Assembly: GCF_035084215.1 (NCBI RefSeq)
Contig: NC_090327.1
Coordinates: 141,546,001-141,610,000 of the forward strand
DNA length: 64,000 bases
Reading direction: 5' to 3'
Source of the DNA: Heptranchias perlo
Taxonomy: Eukaryota
The notes under the pieces were generated by a model. The model searched no databases and was not told the origin of the DNA. It saw nothing but the letters and a program-made list of their open reading frames with translations. Positions 1 through 10,227 of this stretch are shown piece by piece. Positions within the stretch are counted from its first letter, which is position 1, and the number at the start of each line of letters is the position of its first letter. Position numbers and translations under genes: made by a program.

Positions 1-310
1 AGAGACTGACAGATACAGAATGAATCCCACACTCACACACAGTACCAGAGACTGACAGATACAGAATGAATCCCACACTCACACACAGTACCAGAGACTG
101 ACGGATACAGAATGAATCCCACACTCACACACAGTACCAGAGACTGACAGATACAGAATGAATCCCACACTCGCATACAGTACGAGGGACTGACAGATAC
201 AGAATTAATCTCATTCACACACAATACCAGAGACTGTATATATTTAAATAATCCCACACTCCCTTTAAGTACCAATTACTTACAGTTACAAAATGAATCC
301 CACACTCTGT
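1..310 (+). repeat. 46-bp satellite array (continues beyond the window start)
   Basis: Tandem unit agagactgacagatacagaatgaatcccacactcacacacagtacc (46 bp), near-perfect copies then decay. Confidence 0.92.
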
Positions 311-1069
311 ATCGTGCATTTAGCAACTATTGAAGTAACAATCAATCAGTCAGCTTGTGTTGGAGATTGACCCGTGTAACAGAAATGCAGGCTGAGAGAA
401 CGTTGTCTGATTGATGAACTGTAAATATTAAAACAATGAATTCCATATTAAATAATAGCTGGTGGTTGCATTTCAAACATTCCTGGTATTTCTCTGTGCC
501 TCCACTCCGTCTAACGCCACGGTTTGCGGTCAGCCTAAGGGGACATTTTCACTGCCGGCGGATCTTGTGCGGGAGAATCGGAAGAGTCGTGATAGGCCCG
601 AATCTTTTTGATGGACCGGCCAACTTCGAATCTGATTGCTGGGCTTCCCATGTGTATTGCATCATTGATGGGCGGCTCGCCGATTTGTAAGGCCGGCAAT
701 TTCAGGCGGCCGGGATTTCCGGCGGGCCCAGCGCTTTTTAAACCGCCCTCTTGTACTTTCCACCGAGACACATTTTTTGGATGGCGATTTTGGGACTTGA
801 CCCTGAGGAATGTCAGAACCAAAAGATCTGAGATTCAGTGATGCAGCAGTGGAGGTTTTGGGTGAGGACCCGCAAGGAGGTCTTTTTCCCTCGGATGGAA
901 GGAAGATGCCCAGGTAGACACTACGCCAGGCCAGGTGGTGGCACTCAATGTGAATGCCGGGAGTGAGGTTCTCAGGACAGGAGTGCAGTGTCGCAAGAAG
1001 TCCAACGACCTTACTCGGACTGCAAAAGTGAGTATGGTGTCCTGCTACCTCTGGACTGTGACTCCCGCT

Positions 1070-1200
1070 GCCAGCACTGAGGGACCGCTGCACGATCTGA
1101 GGTGCCATCTTTCGGATGAGACATTGAACCCAGCTCCCATCTGCCCTCTCCAATGGATATAAAAGATCCCACAGCACAATTGGAAAATGAACAGTGGAAA
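1070..1200 (+). mobile_element. DeuSINE (SacSINE1-like) central-domain fragment
   Basis: gcactgagggaccgctgcac..ggtgccatctttcggatgagac..aaaagatcccacagcac resembles the Deu domain as recalled. Confidence 0.65.
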
Positions 1201-1239
1201 CATTTTATCCTTATTTACTCTATCAAATCCCCTATCAAC

Positions 1240-1445
1240 ACCTCTAGTAAATCTCCTCTTAACCTTCTCTGCTCCAAGAAGAACAATCCCAGCTTCTCTG
1301 GTCTCTCCACATAACTGAAGTCCCTCATTCGTGGTACCATTCTTGCAAATTTCCCCTTATCCTTCTCTGCTCTGAGGAGAAGAATTCCAGGTTTCTTGGT
1401 TTCTCCACATAACTGAAGTCCCTCATCCCTGGGATCATTCTGGTA
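1240..1445 (-). mobile_element. Tandemly duplicated CR1 ORF2 3' fragment
   Basis: ccttctctgctc..ctccacataactgaagtccctcat occurs twice at ~98-bp period; its reverse complement encodes an ERLEKLGLFSLE-like CR1 segment. Confidence 0.6.
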
Positions 1446-1454
1446 TATCTGCCG

Positions 1455-1765
1455 TTGGTCAGTGGTAGCATTCTCACCTCTGAGTCAGAGGGATGTGGTT
1501 TCAAATCCCCACTCCAGGGACTTGAGCATAAAATCTAGGCTGTTGCTCCCATTGCAGCACTGAGGGAGTGCTGGACTGTCGGAGGAGACATCTTTTTGAT
1601 GAGATGTCAAATCAAGACCCCATCTGCCCTCTCAGGTGGACATAAATGATCCCATCACAGTATTTCAAAGAAGAGCAGGTTTTCCGGTCAATATTTATCT
1701 ATCAACCAACACCACTAAAACATAGTAGGAGATGGCTAGGTGACAACTGGCTGTGGGGTTTGCTA
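1455..1765 (+). mobile_element. DeuSINE (tRNA-derived head plus Deu domain), interrupted by CR1; tail resumes ~3100-3195
   Basis: tRNA-like head (cagtggtagc..ggtttcaaatcccc), Deu domain, and tail gaagcactttgggatgtcttgag after the CR1. Confidence 0.68.
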
Positions 1766-1766
1766 C

Positions 1767-3095
1767 ATAAGAACATAAGAAATAGGAGCAGGAGTAGGCC
1801 ATGCATTCCCTCGAGCCTGCTCCGCCATTCAATATGATCGTGGCTGATCATCGACCTTAAGTCCACTTTCTCTCCCGATCCCCATATCCCTTGATTCCCC
1901 ATGCGTCCAAAAATCTGTCTAAGTCAGTCTTGAATATACTCAACGACTCAGCATTCACAACCCTCTGGTGCAAAGAATTCCAAAGATTCACAACCCTCTT
2001 AGTGAAGAAATTCCTCCTCAACTCAGTCCTAAATATCCGACCCCTTATCCCCTAGTTCCCCTCTCTATGTCCCCTTTCAGCATCTACCCTGTCAAGCCCC
2101 CTCAGAATCTTATATCTTTCAATGAGATCACCTCTCATTCTTCTAAACTCCAGAGAGTATAGCCCCATTCTACTCAATCGTCCCTCATAGTTCAATCCTC
2201 TCATCCCAGGAATCAATCTAGTGAACCTTCATTGTACCACCTCCAATGGAAGTATATCATTCCTTAGATAAGGAGACCAAAAGTGTACATAGTACTCTTG
2301 GTGAGGCCTCACCAAAACCCTGTACAATTGCAGAGCGAATTCCCTACTTTTATACTCCACCCCCGCCCCCCACCCATTGCAATAAAAGCCAACATGTCAT
2401 TTACCTTCCTAATTGCTTGCTGTACCTGCATGTTATCATTTTCTGTTTCATGTACAAGGACACCTAAATGCCACTGAACACCAATAGTTACTCACCATTT
2501 AAAAATATACTGTTGTTCTATTTTTCCTATCAAAGTGAATAACCTCACATTTCCCATATTATACTCCATCTGCCACCTTCTTGCCCACTCACGTAATCTG
2601 TCAAAATTCCTTTGCAGACTCTTTGTGTCCACCTCACAACTTACTTTCGCATGTGGCGTTGTATCGTCAGCAAACTTGGACACATACAATTGGTCCCTTC
2701 ATCTAAGTCATTAAAATAGATTGTAAATAGCTGAGGCCCAACCACCAATCCCTGTGGCACCCTACTAGTTACAACCTGCCAACCCGAAAATGACCCGTTT
2801 ATCCCTACTCTCTGTTTTCTGTCTGTTTAGCAATCCTTAATCCATGCCAATATATTACCCCTAATCCCATGAGCCCTAATCTCGTGTAACAACCTCTTGT
2901 GTGGCACCTTATCCAATGTCTTTAGAAAATCCAAACATACTACATCCACTGGTTCCCCATAATCTACCCTGCTCGTTAGGCCCTCAAAAACCTCTATTAG
3001 ATTTTCCAACACGATTTCCCTTACGTAAAACCGTGTTGATTCGGCTTAATCATGTTCTGATTTTCTAAGCGCCCTGTTACTACGCCCTTAATAAT
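1767..3095 (-). mobile_element. 5'-truncated degenerate CR1 LINE
   Basis: Minus-strand RT motifs (VCLDFLKTLDKVPHKRLL, SKFADDT) and 3' tail repeats cataagaa. Confidence 0.85.
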
Positions 3096-4311
3096 ATATT
3101 CGGACGTTACAACAGTTAGAAAGCACTTCATTTACCGTGAAGCACTTTGGGATGTCTTGAGATTGTAAAATGCGTTCGTTCTTCTTTTCTTTATATGGAG
3201 CTGCCTCACTCCATCTGCACAATGCCATTACAGCAACTACACATTAATTCATTCCCACTCTTTGTGCAGGGCAAGTCTGCACACAAACCACGGAAGAGGA
3301 CCTGCACTCACGACCTCACCCAGATGGAGCAGGATGTCCTGGATATCATTGGAATAGCCCGCAGGAGAAGAATGAAGAATGACAAGGCTCGAGGCCAAAT
3401 ACCACAAAATGGAGGCCTATTTCTCTTATCCTCTCTTTCTTTAAGCAATCACATAGGCAGTGTGGCACCCTGGAGCTGTATTGCGCTGCCACTCGCCTGC
3501 TACTGCCTAACCGTCCCAGTACTTGATTGTCACTCACACTTTTTTCCAGGTCTATCTCATTACTTGGGCCCTGCTCTGCAAGTGATGGAGGGGGACCACC
3601 GTACAGACGATGCACCGTCACCAAGTCCATCCTTCCAATGCACAGCACAGGAATCAGCATGTGCGGTGGGAGAGATGTTCAGTTCGAAGGATCTACACAG
3701 AGTGAATCATTCACCAATAGAGAGCAGGAGCTGGCCATTTAGGAAAGGACAGTGCCGGAGATGGATGACCAAAGGGCCAGCTCAGATTCTAGCTGTGCCG
3801 AAGAAGACAAAGATGGAGATTTCAACGGCCCAGCCTTTAAAAGGAAGATCTTGCATGTGCATCATCAATTGCTCGAGTCATTGGACAGCCTGTCTGGGAG
3901 CTGCCTCACCCTGTCTGAAAGTATGGAAGAGTCCGCTTCCATATTGTTGGGCGCTCTGCCTCAAGGCCTCACCAATGTGCATTCTACCATGGAGCGTGTG
4001 GGCAGCATTCCGGACACTGCAATCAGGCCCTCTGTTCAGGAGCCTGTGGCACCAGCACTGGCATCACTGATCGAGACTCAGACTGCTGCCATTCAGGCCC
4101 TGGCCCGTACCATCTCATCCGGCTTGGAAAGGTTGGGGTGATGTATTGATAGGGGCTTCAGTCATGTCTCAGACCTCCTACAATCTGCTCTCCCACAGCT
4201 GAGTGACAGCGCCGAGTCACGGCCAGGTGGCAGTGGCACAGCGGGAGTGGCACATGCTGCCCTCTCTCAGCACGACAACACATCTGCTCCGTCCCAACCC
4301 CCTCAAACTCC

Positions 4312-4830
4312 GACTGCTCCAGGGCCAGGAAGCCAGCAAGACCCGACAGCCCAGGTGCCAAGAAGTCGACGAGAGCAGTCTGCCCAGGGGCCAAGAAGCG
4401 GCTAGACCAGATTGCCCCGGAGCCAGGAAGCGGCTCGACCAGATTGCTCCGGAGCCAGGAAGCGGCTGGACCAGATTGCTCCGGGGCCAGGAAGTCGACT
4501 GAACCAGATTGCCCCAAGGCCAAGAAGCGGCTCGACCAGATTGCCCCGGAGCCAGGAAGTGGCTCGACCAGTCTGCTCCGGGGCCAAGAAGCGGCTAGAC
4601 CAGTCTGCCCCGAGGTCAAGAAGTCGACGAGACCAGACTGCCCCGGGGCCAGGAAGCGGCTAGACCAGTCTGCTCCGGGGCCAAGAAGTCGCCAAAACAA
4701 GGCTGCTCAGGGGCCAGGAAGCCGGCTGGACCAGACTGCCCAGAGGCCAGGACGACGGCTGGACCAGACTGGTCCCAAGGCCAGCAAGCCAGTTTGACCA
4801 GACTGCCCCGCGCCAGGAAGCCGTCTAGAT
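4312..4830 (+). repeat. GC-rich 32-bp tandem repeat
   Basis: Unit ~gaccagattgccccggagccaggaagcggctc, about 16 variable copies. Confidence 0.88.
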
Positions 4831-6035
4831 CAGACTGGTTTGTTGGCTAGTGGGATTTTTGTAATTGCTCTGATCCTGACTGAACCGATCCTGCAGAAAC
4901 CGAGGGCAGCAGAATGAGTCGGTGCAACTGGAGAGAGAATGGGGAACTCATTTCTGACCCAGGAACAGGTCAGGGATTGTAAAATAGATGGGACTCCACC
5001 AGTGCCTAAAGCTGTAATCCAGTCTGACTTTACAATCTGTAACTATTAAATCAGATGTTTCCATCCCTGCTGTTTCTCTCGCTATCTTTTGATGATGAAG
5101 TGGGCGGCTGTAAAATGTGCCAATGGATTCTGTTCATTAATGGCACCTTTACTGATAAACTGAACGTGTGACTCCGAAATGGAGAGGGGTGTTCTCAACC
5201 CAATCCCGGAGAAACGTTGGGAAGTGGAGTCGGGTGTGTTTACTAGGACAGTGTAGGATTAATATCAGACAGCAACAGTCCCAGATTAATTTAATCATAG
5301 TGAAACACTCAATCACAGATTAAGATCGAACGGTTTTTAGCTGTAAGAGCGTAGTGTGATGGACACTGGCCGTTCTATCATTGATGTCCGAGGCACTAAC
5401 AGTGCATTTAACTAACTCCAGCACTGAGGCTGAGCCTCAATCGGTGGGATGTAAAACCCAGGGTGGATGTAATGCTCACTCGGATCAAATGAAGTTTCAG
5501 TTCATTGTCCCTCTCCAGCTGTACTCACAGAGACTGTTTCACTGGAACTCGCAATAATAGATCCAAAGGCTGATGATTAAAACCTATATTCCATGAGATA
5601 TTAAAGCCTGAGAAATCCGTTTAAAGTGTTTGGTTCTTTCACTCAGCGCCAGAATCAGAAGCAGTGGGACACATTAGTGTCACATTCACTGCGGTACTCG
5701 GAACTGACACAGGAACAGGCTCAGGGACAGAATAAATCCCTCACTCACATCCAATAACAGACACATTTCACTCACCCTGATTCAGCAATCGCTGAGACAA
5801 CCAGCTTCTGTTATACAAATCTGGGTAACAGAAGACACACCGAGTGAGTGTTGTCCGATGATGTTACTGTAAATAACACTTACGAAAATGGCCAGAACAC
5901 AATAGAAAGCATCTTATAGACGATGGTCAAACGTCCCTGGTATTTCTGTATCCCACCCGCCCAGTTCACTGACAATTATGATTATTTTGGCCTCATTTCC
6001 TGCACAAGCTGCAAATTTCAAACTATTGGAGGTTG

Positions 6036-6068
6036 GCGACATCTGGTGTCAGGAAACGAGTACTGTAA
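6036..6068 (-). promoter_or_regulatory. Putative CTCF site (core plus upstream motif)
   Basis: Minus strand reads TACAG-13 nt-ACACCAGATGTCGC. Confidence 0.45.
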
Positions 6069-6240
6069 CAGACCGATATGGATTAGTCATGTTTAACAAG
6101 GTATTTATTGTTCGTTTCGAACTGACGGGAGGCAGTTAGTTCCAGAATTGGAATCAGGTCTTCTGAGTCACAGGGGCATGAAATCGAGACAGGGAGAGTG
6201 AAATGTCCAGATCTGAAACATGTCGTCTTATTGTCAAATT

Positions 6241-6282
6241 GAAGCCCTTTCATAGATACAGTGGGTGGCCCTAAAAAGAGCC
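6241..6282 (-). terminator. Histone 3' stem-loop and downstream element (HDE) of H2A pseudogene
   Basis: GGCTCTTTTTAGGGCC-ACCCA at 6282-6267, followed by AAAGGGCT. Confidence 0.88.
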
Positions 6283-6307
6283 TGTGTGTTATCAGATTTT
6301 GGTCGCT

Positions 6308-6647
6308 TTACTTGCTCTTGGAGCTCAGTGCTGGACTTCTTCGGCAGCAGCACGACCTGGATATTGGGCAGCACCCCTCCCAGCAGCTTGTTGAGCTCCT
6401 CGTCGTTGCGGAGGGCCAGCTGCAGGTGTCTGGGGATGATGCGGGTCTTCTTGTCGCGGGCCGCGTTACCCGCCAACTCGAGGATTTCAGCCGTTCGATA
6501 CTCGAGCACAGCACCCACACATTCAGCATCGTTCCCCTTTCGCAGGAGGCTGTGAACACGGCCCACAGAGAACTGCAGTCCGACCCAGAATGAGCGAGAC
6601 TTGGCCTTGGCCCGAGCTTTACCGCCGGTTTTTCCTCTTCCAAACAT
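6308..6647 (-). pseudogene. H2A: Histone H2A pseudogene
   Basis: [19 protein letters not shown]..; lacks GAPVYLAA, the N of DNKK and VTIAQGG. A C-terminal frameshift bypasses the ancestral stop (6308-6310). TATAAG at 6714-6709 and CCAAT boxes upstream. Confidence 0.88.
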
Positions 6648-7603
6648 TTGCACAAACACCACGAACACTTTTACAAAGAATGAAAAAAAATCGTCCGCAC
6701 TCGCCCTTCTTATACCTTCTGGAGGAATACAGTGGGAGCAATTGTGATTGGCCCATCTGTTTTCAATTTCATTGGGCCCTTCGTTCAACCAGAGAGCTGT
6801 TGAATTCGCCAATCCATAGACGACAATGAGAAAAGGGCGGAAATACTGGCCCCAATTATCAGACCTGAAACGGTTTTTGAAATCTAAAAAGCCCGCCAAT
6901 ATATTTGTAACACAATAAGCGGGTTTATTAAATAATGTCGCGTTAAAACAAATATTTAAAAATCTCTCTCCTTTTAATCTGTTATTCCACATTTCCTGTC
7001 ACAACTTTGATACTCTTTCACAACCTGGTTAAAATTCGGCATCATTCTCCCTTTGCTTTCAATCGGGCGGGAATAAAGCCCCAATTAGTAGAGGGTCAGA
7101 TTCCTGATCTATCTTTGTAAAAAAAATAAACAGATAGTGGATTGATCCCAGTTCACATGAATTGCTGCGGGTTTTAAGTCGGAGCCGAGACTCCAGGTGT
7201 AATAGTCGAACAGAGACAGTCTTTAAACTATTCTGTTCTCGTTATGAACTCCCTTTCGGTGTTGCTATATTACACAGGATTGCGATTCATAAACTGATAT
7301 TCCTGAATAATGAACAAACAAACGTGAAAAGGAGAAAGAAATGACTGATGTCTAATCCACCGCCCATAAAGCGGCTCTGAAGGCGCAGATGCGGGGGATG
7401 GGCGCAATACGAACGGGAATGAGGGGATCAGGGCCACGTTTTTTGTTATTGGGACTCAATTGAACAGCGACACATACATTAAACCAGACAGTGATTATGA
7501 GAATCTTCCATATTTCAACACCAATGACAAAAGTACGAGAGTTGTAATAAGACAGTTAGTATCAAACGATCTGCAGCAAAATGATTCCATACAGATGTCG
7601 GTA

Positions 7604-7644
7604 CAGCGTCTTCAGAGAGACTGTGGGTGGCTCTTAAAAGAGCC
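7604..7644 (-). terminator. Histone 3' stem-loop and HDE of H2B
   Basis: GGCTCTTTTAAGAGCC-ACCCA at 7644-7629; purine-rich GAAGACGCTG downstream. Confidence 0.92.
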
Positions 7645-7681
7645 TTTGTGTTCAGGGTTTTTATCAGTTGACGGTGGAGCT

Positions 7682-8056
7682 TTACTTGGAGCTGGTGTAC
7701 TTGGTCACCGCCTTTGTCCCTTCCGACACGGCGTGCTTGGCCAGTTCTCCGGGCAGCAGCAGGCGCACGGCGGTCTGGATCTCCCGGGAACTGATGGTGT
7801 GGCGTTTATTATAATGGGCCAGGCGGGAAGCCTCTCCCGCGATACGCTCGAAAATATCGTTCACAAAGGAGTTCATGATGCTCATGGCCTTGGAGGAGAT
7901 GCCGGTGTCGGGGTGAACCTGCTTCATCACTTTGTAGATGTAGATGCCATAACTCTCCTTCCTCGACTTTCTCCGCTTCTTCCCGCCCTTGGCTGGTGCT
8001 TTATTCAGGGTTTTCTTGGCGCCCTTCTTGGGAGCTGCTTTCTTGTCCTCAGGCAT
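7682..8056 (-). CDS. H2B: Replication-dependent histone H2B (124 aa), intact
   Basis: Full H2B ([35 protein letters not shown]), intronless, with stem-loop and promoter elements. Confidence 0.97.
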   Translation of the reverse strand: MPEDKKAAPKKGAKKTLNKAPAKGGKKRRKSRKESYGIYIYKVMKQVHPDTGISSKAMSIMNSFVNDIFERIAGEASRLAHYNKRHTISSREIQTAVRLLLPGELAKHAVSEGTKAVTKYTSSK

Positions 8057-8110
8057 TTTCCAAACTCAATTTCAGATCCAGAAATGAACCAAATCCGCTC
8101 CGAGCTCGGA

Positions 8111-8265
8111 TTAAATAGGCTGACGTCATCGCCCCATGCTAATGAGGAATGGGTGAAGGCAATGATTGTGATTGGACGAGCGCGAGTGACGTCACAATAC
8201 TGTTTCATTAAACGGTCCGATTGGTTTCTGACGATATCCAATCAGATTTAGTACCTGCCGCCAAT
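8111..8265 (-). promoter_or_regulatory. H2B promoter
   Basis: TATTTAA (8117-8111), TGACGTCA at 8121 and 8187, octamer variant ATTAGCAT (8143-8136), CCAAT boxes on both strands (8171, 8220, 8238, 8261). Confidence 0.85.
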
Positions 8266-8320
8266 CACAAACACGCTCACGCTGCACATTGTCCGGTTTG
8301 AGCAATTTGTTCTGAACTGT

Positions 8321-8351
8321 TGCAGTTCTGCTTCAGGCCAGTAGATGTCCC
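8321..8351 (+). promoter_or_regulatory. Putative CTCF site (core plus upstream motif)
   Basis: TGCAG-12 nt-CCAGTAGATGTCCC. Confidence 0.5.
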
Positions 8352-8510
8352 CAAACCCTGGGACACTGAAGTTTGCAGATGAGGGAGGGACAGAAGAGAA
8401 ACGAATTCTTCACATGATATTGCACGAGTGGGATCAGAAAAAAATGCGAATGGAGACGAGCTGCAAATACATTTTGTTAGACCAAGCATTAGTTGTAACA
8501 TTGTTTAAAA

Positions 8511-8547
8511 TTACCTGACGAAGGAGGAAGCCTCCGAAAGCTTGTAG
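8511..8547 (+). ncRNA. Minimal type I hammerhead ribozyme motif
   Basis: TTAC-CTGACGA-A-GGAGG/AAG/CCTCC-GAA-AGCT-T-GTAG. Confidence 0.62.
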
Positions 8548-8601
8548 ATTTCAAATAAAAATTGTTGGACTACAACTTGGTGTTGTAAAATTGTTTACAA
8601 T
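8513..8601 (+). mobile_element. 89-bp Penelope-like terminal fragment with 9-bp TSD
   Basis: Flanked by tttaaaatt (8504-8512 and 8602-8610); absent from copy B, which shows a single empty site near 40800. Confidence 0.8.
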
Positions 8602-8696
8602 TTTAAAATTCTAGTAATTGATTTAGGGTATATAGTCAATACTGAGGAATGTAAGGAATCGTACAACACCAGGTTATAGTTCAACACATTTGAAAA

Positions 8697-8733
8697 TCAC
8701 AAGCTTTCGGAGATTATCTCTTTCGTCAGATGT
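8697..8733 (-). ncRNA. Hammerhead motif, degenerate stems
   Basis: Minus strand: ACAT-CTGACGA-A-AGAGA/TAA/TCTCC-GAA-AGCT-T-GTGA. Confidence 0.45.
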
Positions 8734-9663
8734 GTGAAAGGTTCTCAAGTCGCATATCTTATATTAGGCTGGGACACGATCACACCAATCAGACAGGTTA
8801 GCCACGGAAAACAGTACATCCCAGTATACTGAATACACAATGGGTCGGATTACACAGACAAAGAGAGAAAGAGACCTGAAAGGCAGAGAGAGAGAGAGAA
8901 TGTCCAGTTGTATTAAAAACAGATTAAATTTTTTTTCCTGCTGGTGGGGTTATGTGTAGCGTGACATGAACCCAAGATCCCAGTTGAGGCCATCCTCATG
9001 GGTGCGGAACTTGGCTATCAATTTCTGCTCGACGATTTTGTGTTGTCGTGTGTCTCAAAGGCCACCTTGGAGAACGCTCACCCGAAGATCGGTGGCTGAA
9101 TGCACTTGACTGCTAAAGTGCTCCCCAATTGGGAGCATCCTTTCCTGCCCAGGAGCATGGTACATTGGCGAGACCATGCAGACACTGCGACAACAGATGA
9201 ACGGACACCGCGCAACAATCGCCAGACAGGAGGGTTCCCTCCCAGTCGGGGAACACTTCAGCAGTCAAGGACATTCAGCCACCGATCTTCGGGTAGGCGT
9301 TCTCCAAGGCGGCCTTCGAGACACACGACAACGCAAAATCATCGAGCAGAAATTGATAGCCAAGTTCCACACCCATGAGGACGTCCTCAACCGGGAACTT
9401 GGTTTCATGTCACGCTACACGTAACCCCACCAGCAGGAAAAAAAAAGTCATCTGTTTTTAATACAACTGGACATTTTCTCTCTCTCTCAGCCTTTCGGGT
9501 CTCTTTCTCTCTTTGTCTGTGTAATCTGACCCATTGTGTAATCAGTATACTGGGATGTACTGTTTTCCGTGGCTAACCTGTCTGAACACCAACGACACAT
9601 TTGATTGGTGTGATCGTGTCCCAGCGTAATATAAGATATGCGATTTGAGAACCTTTCACTCAC

Positions 9664-9700
9664 TCACCTGACGAAGGAGATAATCTCCGAAAGCTTGTGA
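9664..9700 (+). ncRNA. Minimal type I hammerhead ribozyme motif
   Basis: TCAC-CTGACGA-A-GGAGA/TAA/TCTCC-GAA-AGCT-T-GTGA: perfect stems I and II, palindromic stem III. Confidence 0.72.
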
Positions 9701-9791
9701 TTTTCAAATAAAACTGTTGGACTATAACCTGGTGTTGTAAGATTCCTTACATTTGTCCACCCCAGTCCATCACCGGCATCTCCACATCATG

Positions 9792-9960
9792 AATACTGAG
9801 GAAGACTGCGACAAAATAAATTTGCAGGATGGCCGTGTAAATGTCCATTGAATTTTAGTATAGAAAAGTGTGAGGTGGTGCATTTTGCCTTTGATAATGT
9901 ATCTAAGGAGGCCACATACTGCTTGGAAAATAAGAGTCTAAATGGGGTAGAGGAGCAATG
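9792..9960 (+). mobile_element. CR1 RT fragment
   Basis: NFSIEKCEVVHF..LNGVEEQ; continuous with ~8615-8649 across the PLE insertion. Confidence 0.7.
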
Positions 9961-10227
9961 TAAACCATGTCCTGAGAAATCAGAGAGAAATACTGTGCAA
10001 TGTACAGTAAAATATAATGGAGCAAATTCACAACTATCGAATGAGCAAAACATAAACTTTATTATGAATCAATTGTCTTTATTTTCACTATCAAAATGTG
10101 CAAAAATGCGATTGTAAAAGTTGCAGACAGAAACTTTCCTCACATTGCACATTGTCCTGTTTCTGTAACCACGACGGATAATGTGAATTTGTTCCGCTCT
10201 TTTACAGTTCTCGCTAACGTCCAGTTG

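Larger units (their letters stand above)
539..4960 (+). mobile_element. Decayed PIF/Harbinger-type element carrying a spliced Myb/SANT-like accessory gene, with nested SINE and CR1
   Basis: Exon ~815-1027 encodes VALNVNAGSEVLRTGVQCRKKSNDL (NAIF1/MSANTD-like). Donor GTGAGT at 1028 and acceptor tttgtgcag at 3269 join in phase to GKSAHK..LTQMEQDVLDIIG. Further coding remnant 3752-4141. Possible left end TAA|GGGGACATTTTC; no right TIR found. Confidence 0.62.
8650..9791. mobile_element. Penelope-like element remnant with inverted 3' arms and GIY-YIG C-terminus, 12-bp TSD, inserted in a CR1 fragment
   Basis: CPGAWYIGETMQTLRQQMNGHR..PVGEHFS..EQKLIAKF..LN at ~9147-9424 (+). 8650-9120 is an inverted copy of ~9270-9752. 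TSD aatactgaggaa at 8638-8649 and 9792-9803. Confidence 0.88.

Noticed and set aside
6648-6992. N-terminally extended 252-aa H2A
   Set aside because: The extension runs through the TATA/CCAAT promoter and starts at a non-ATG codon; its presence in both copies only reflects recent duplication.
7460-8251. 263-aa plus-strand ORF and other antisense ORFs over histone genes
   Set aside because: Shadow frames of GC-rich histone codons, with non-ATG starts and no recognisable motif.
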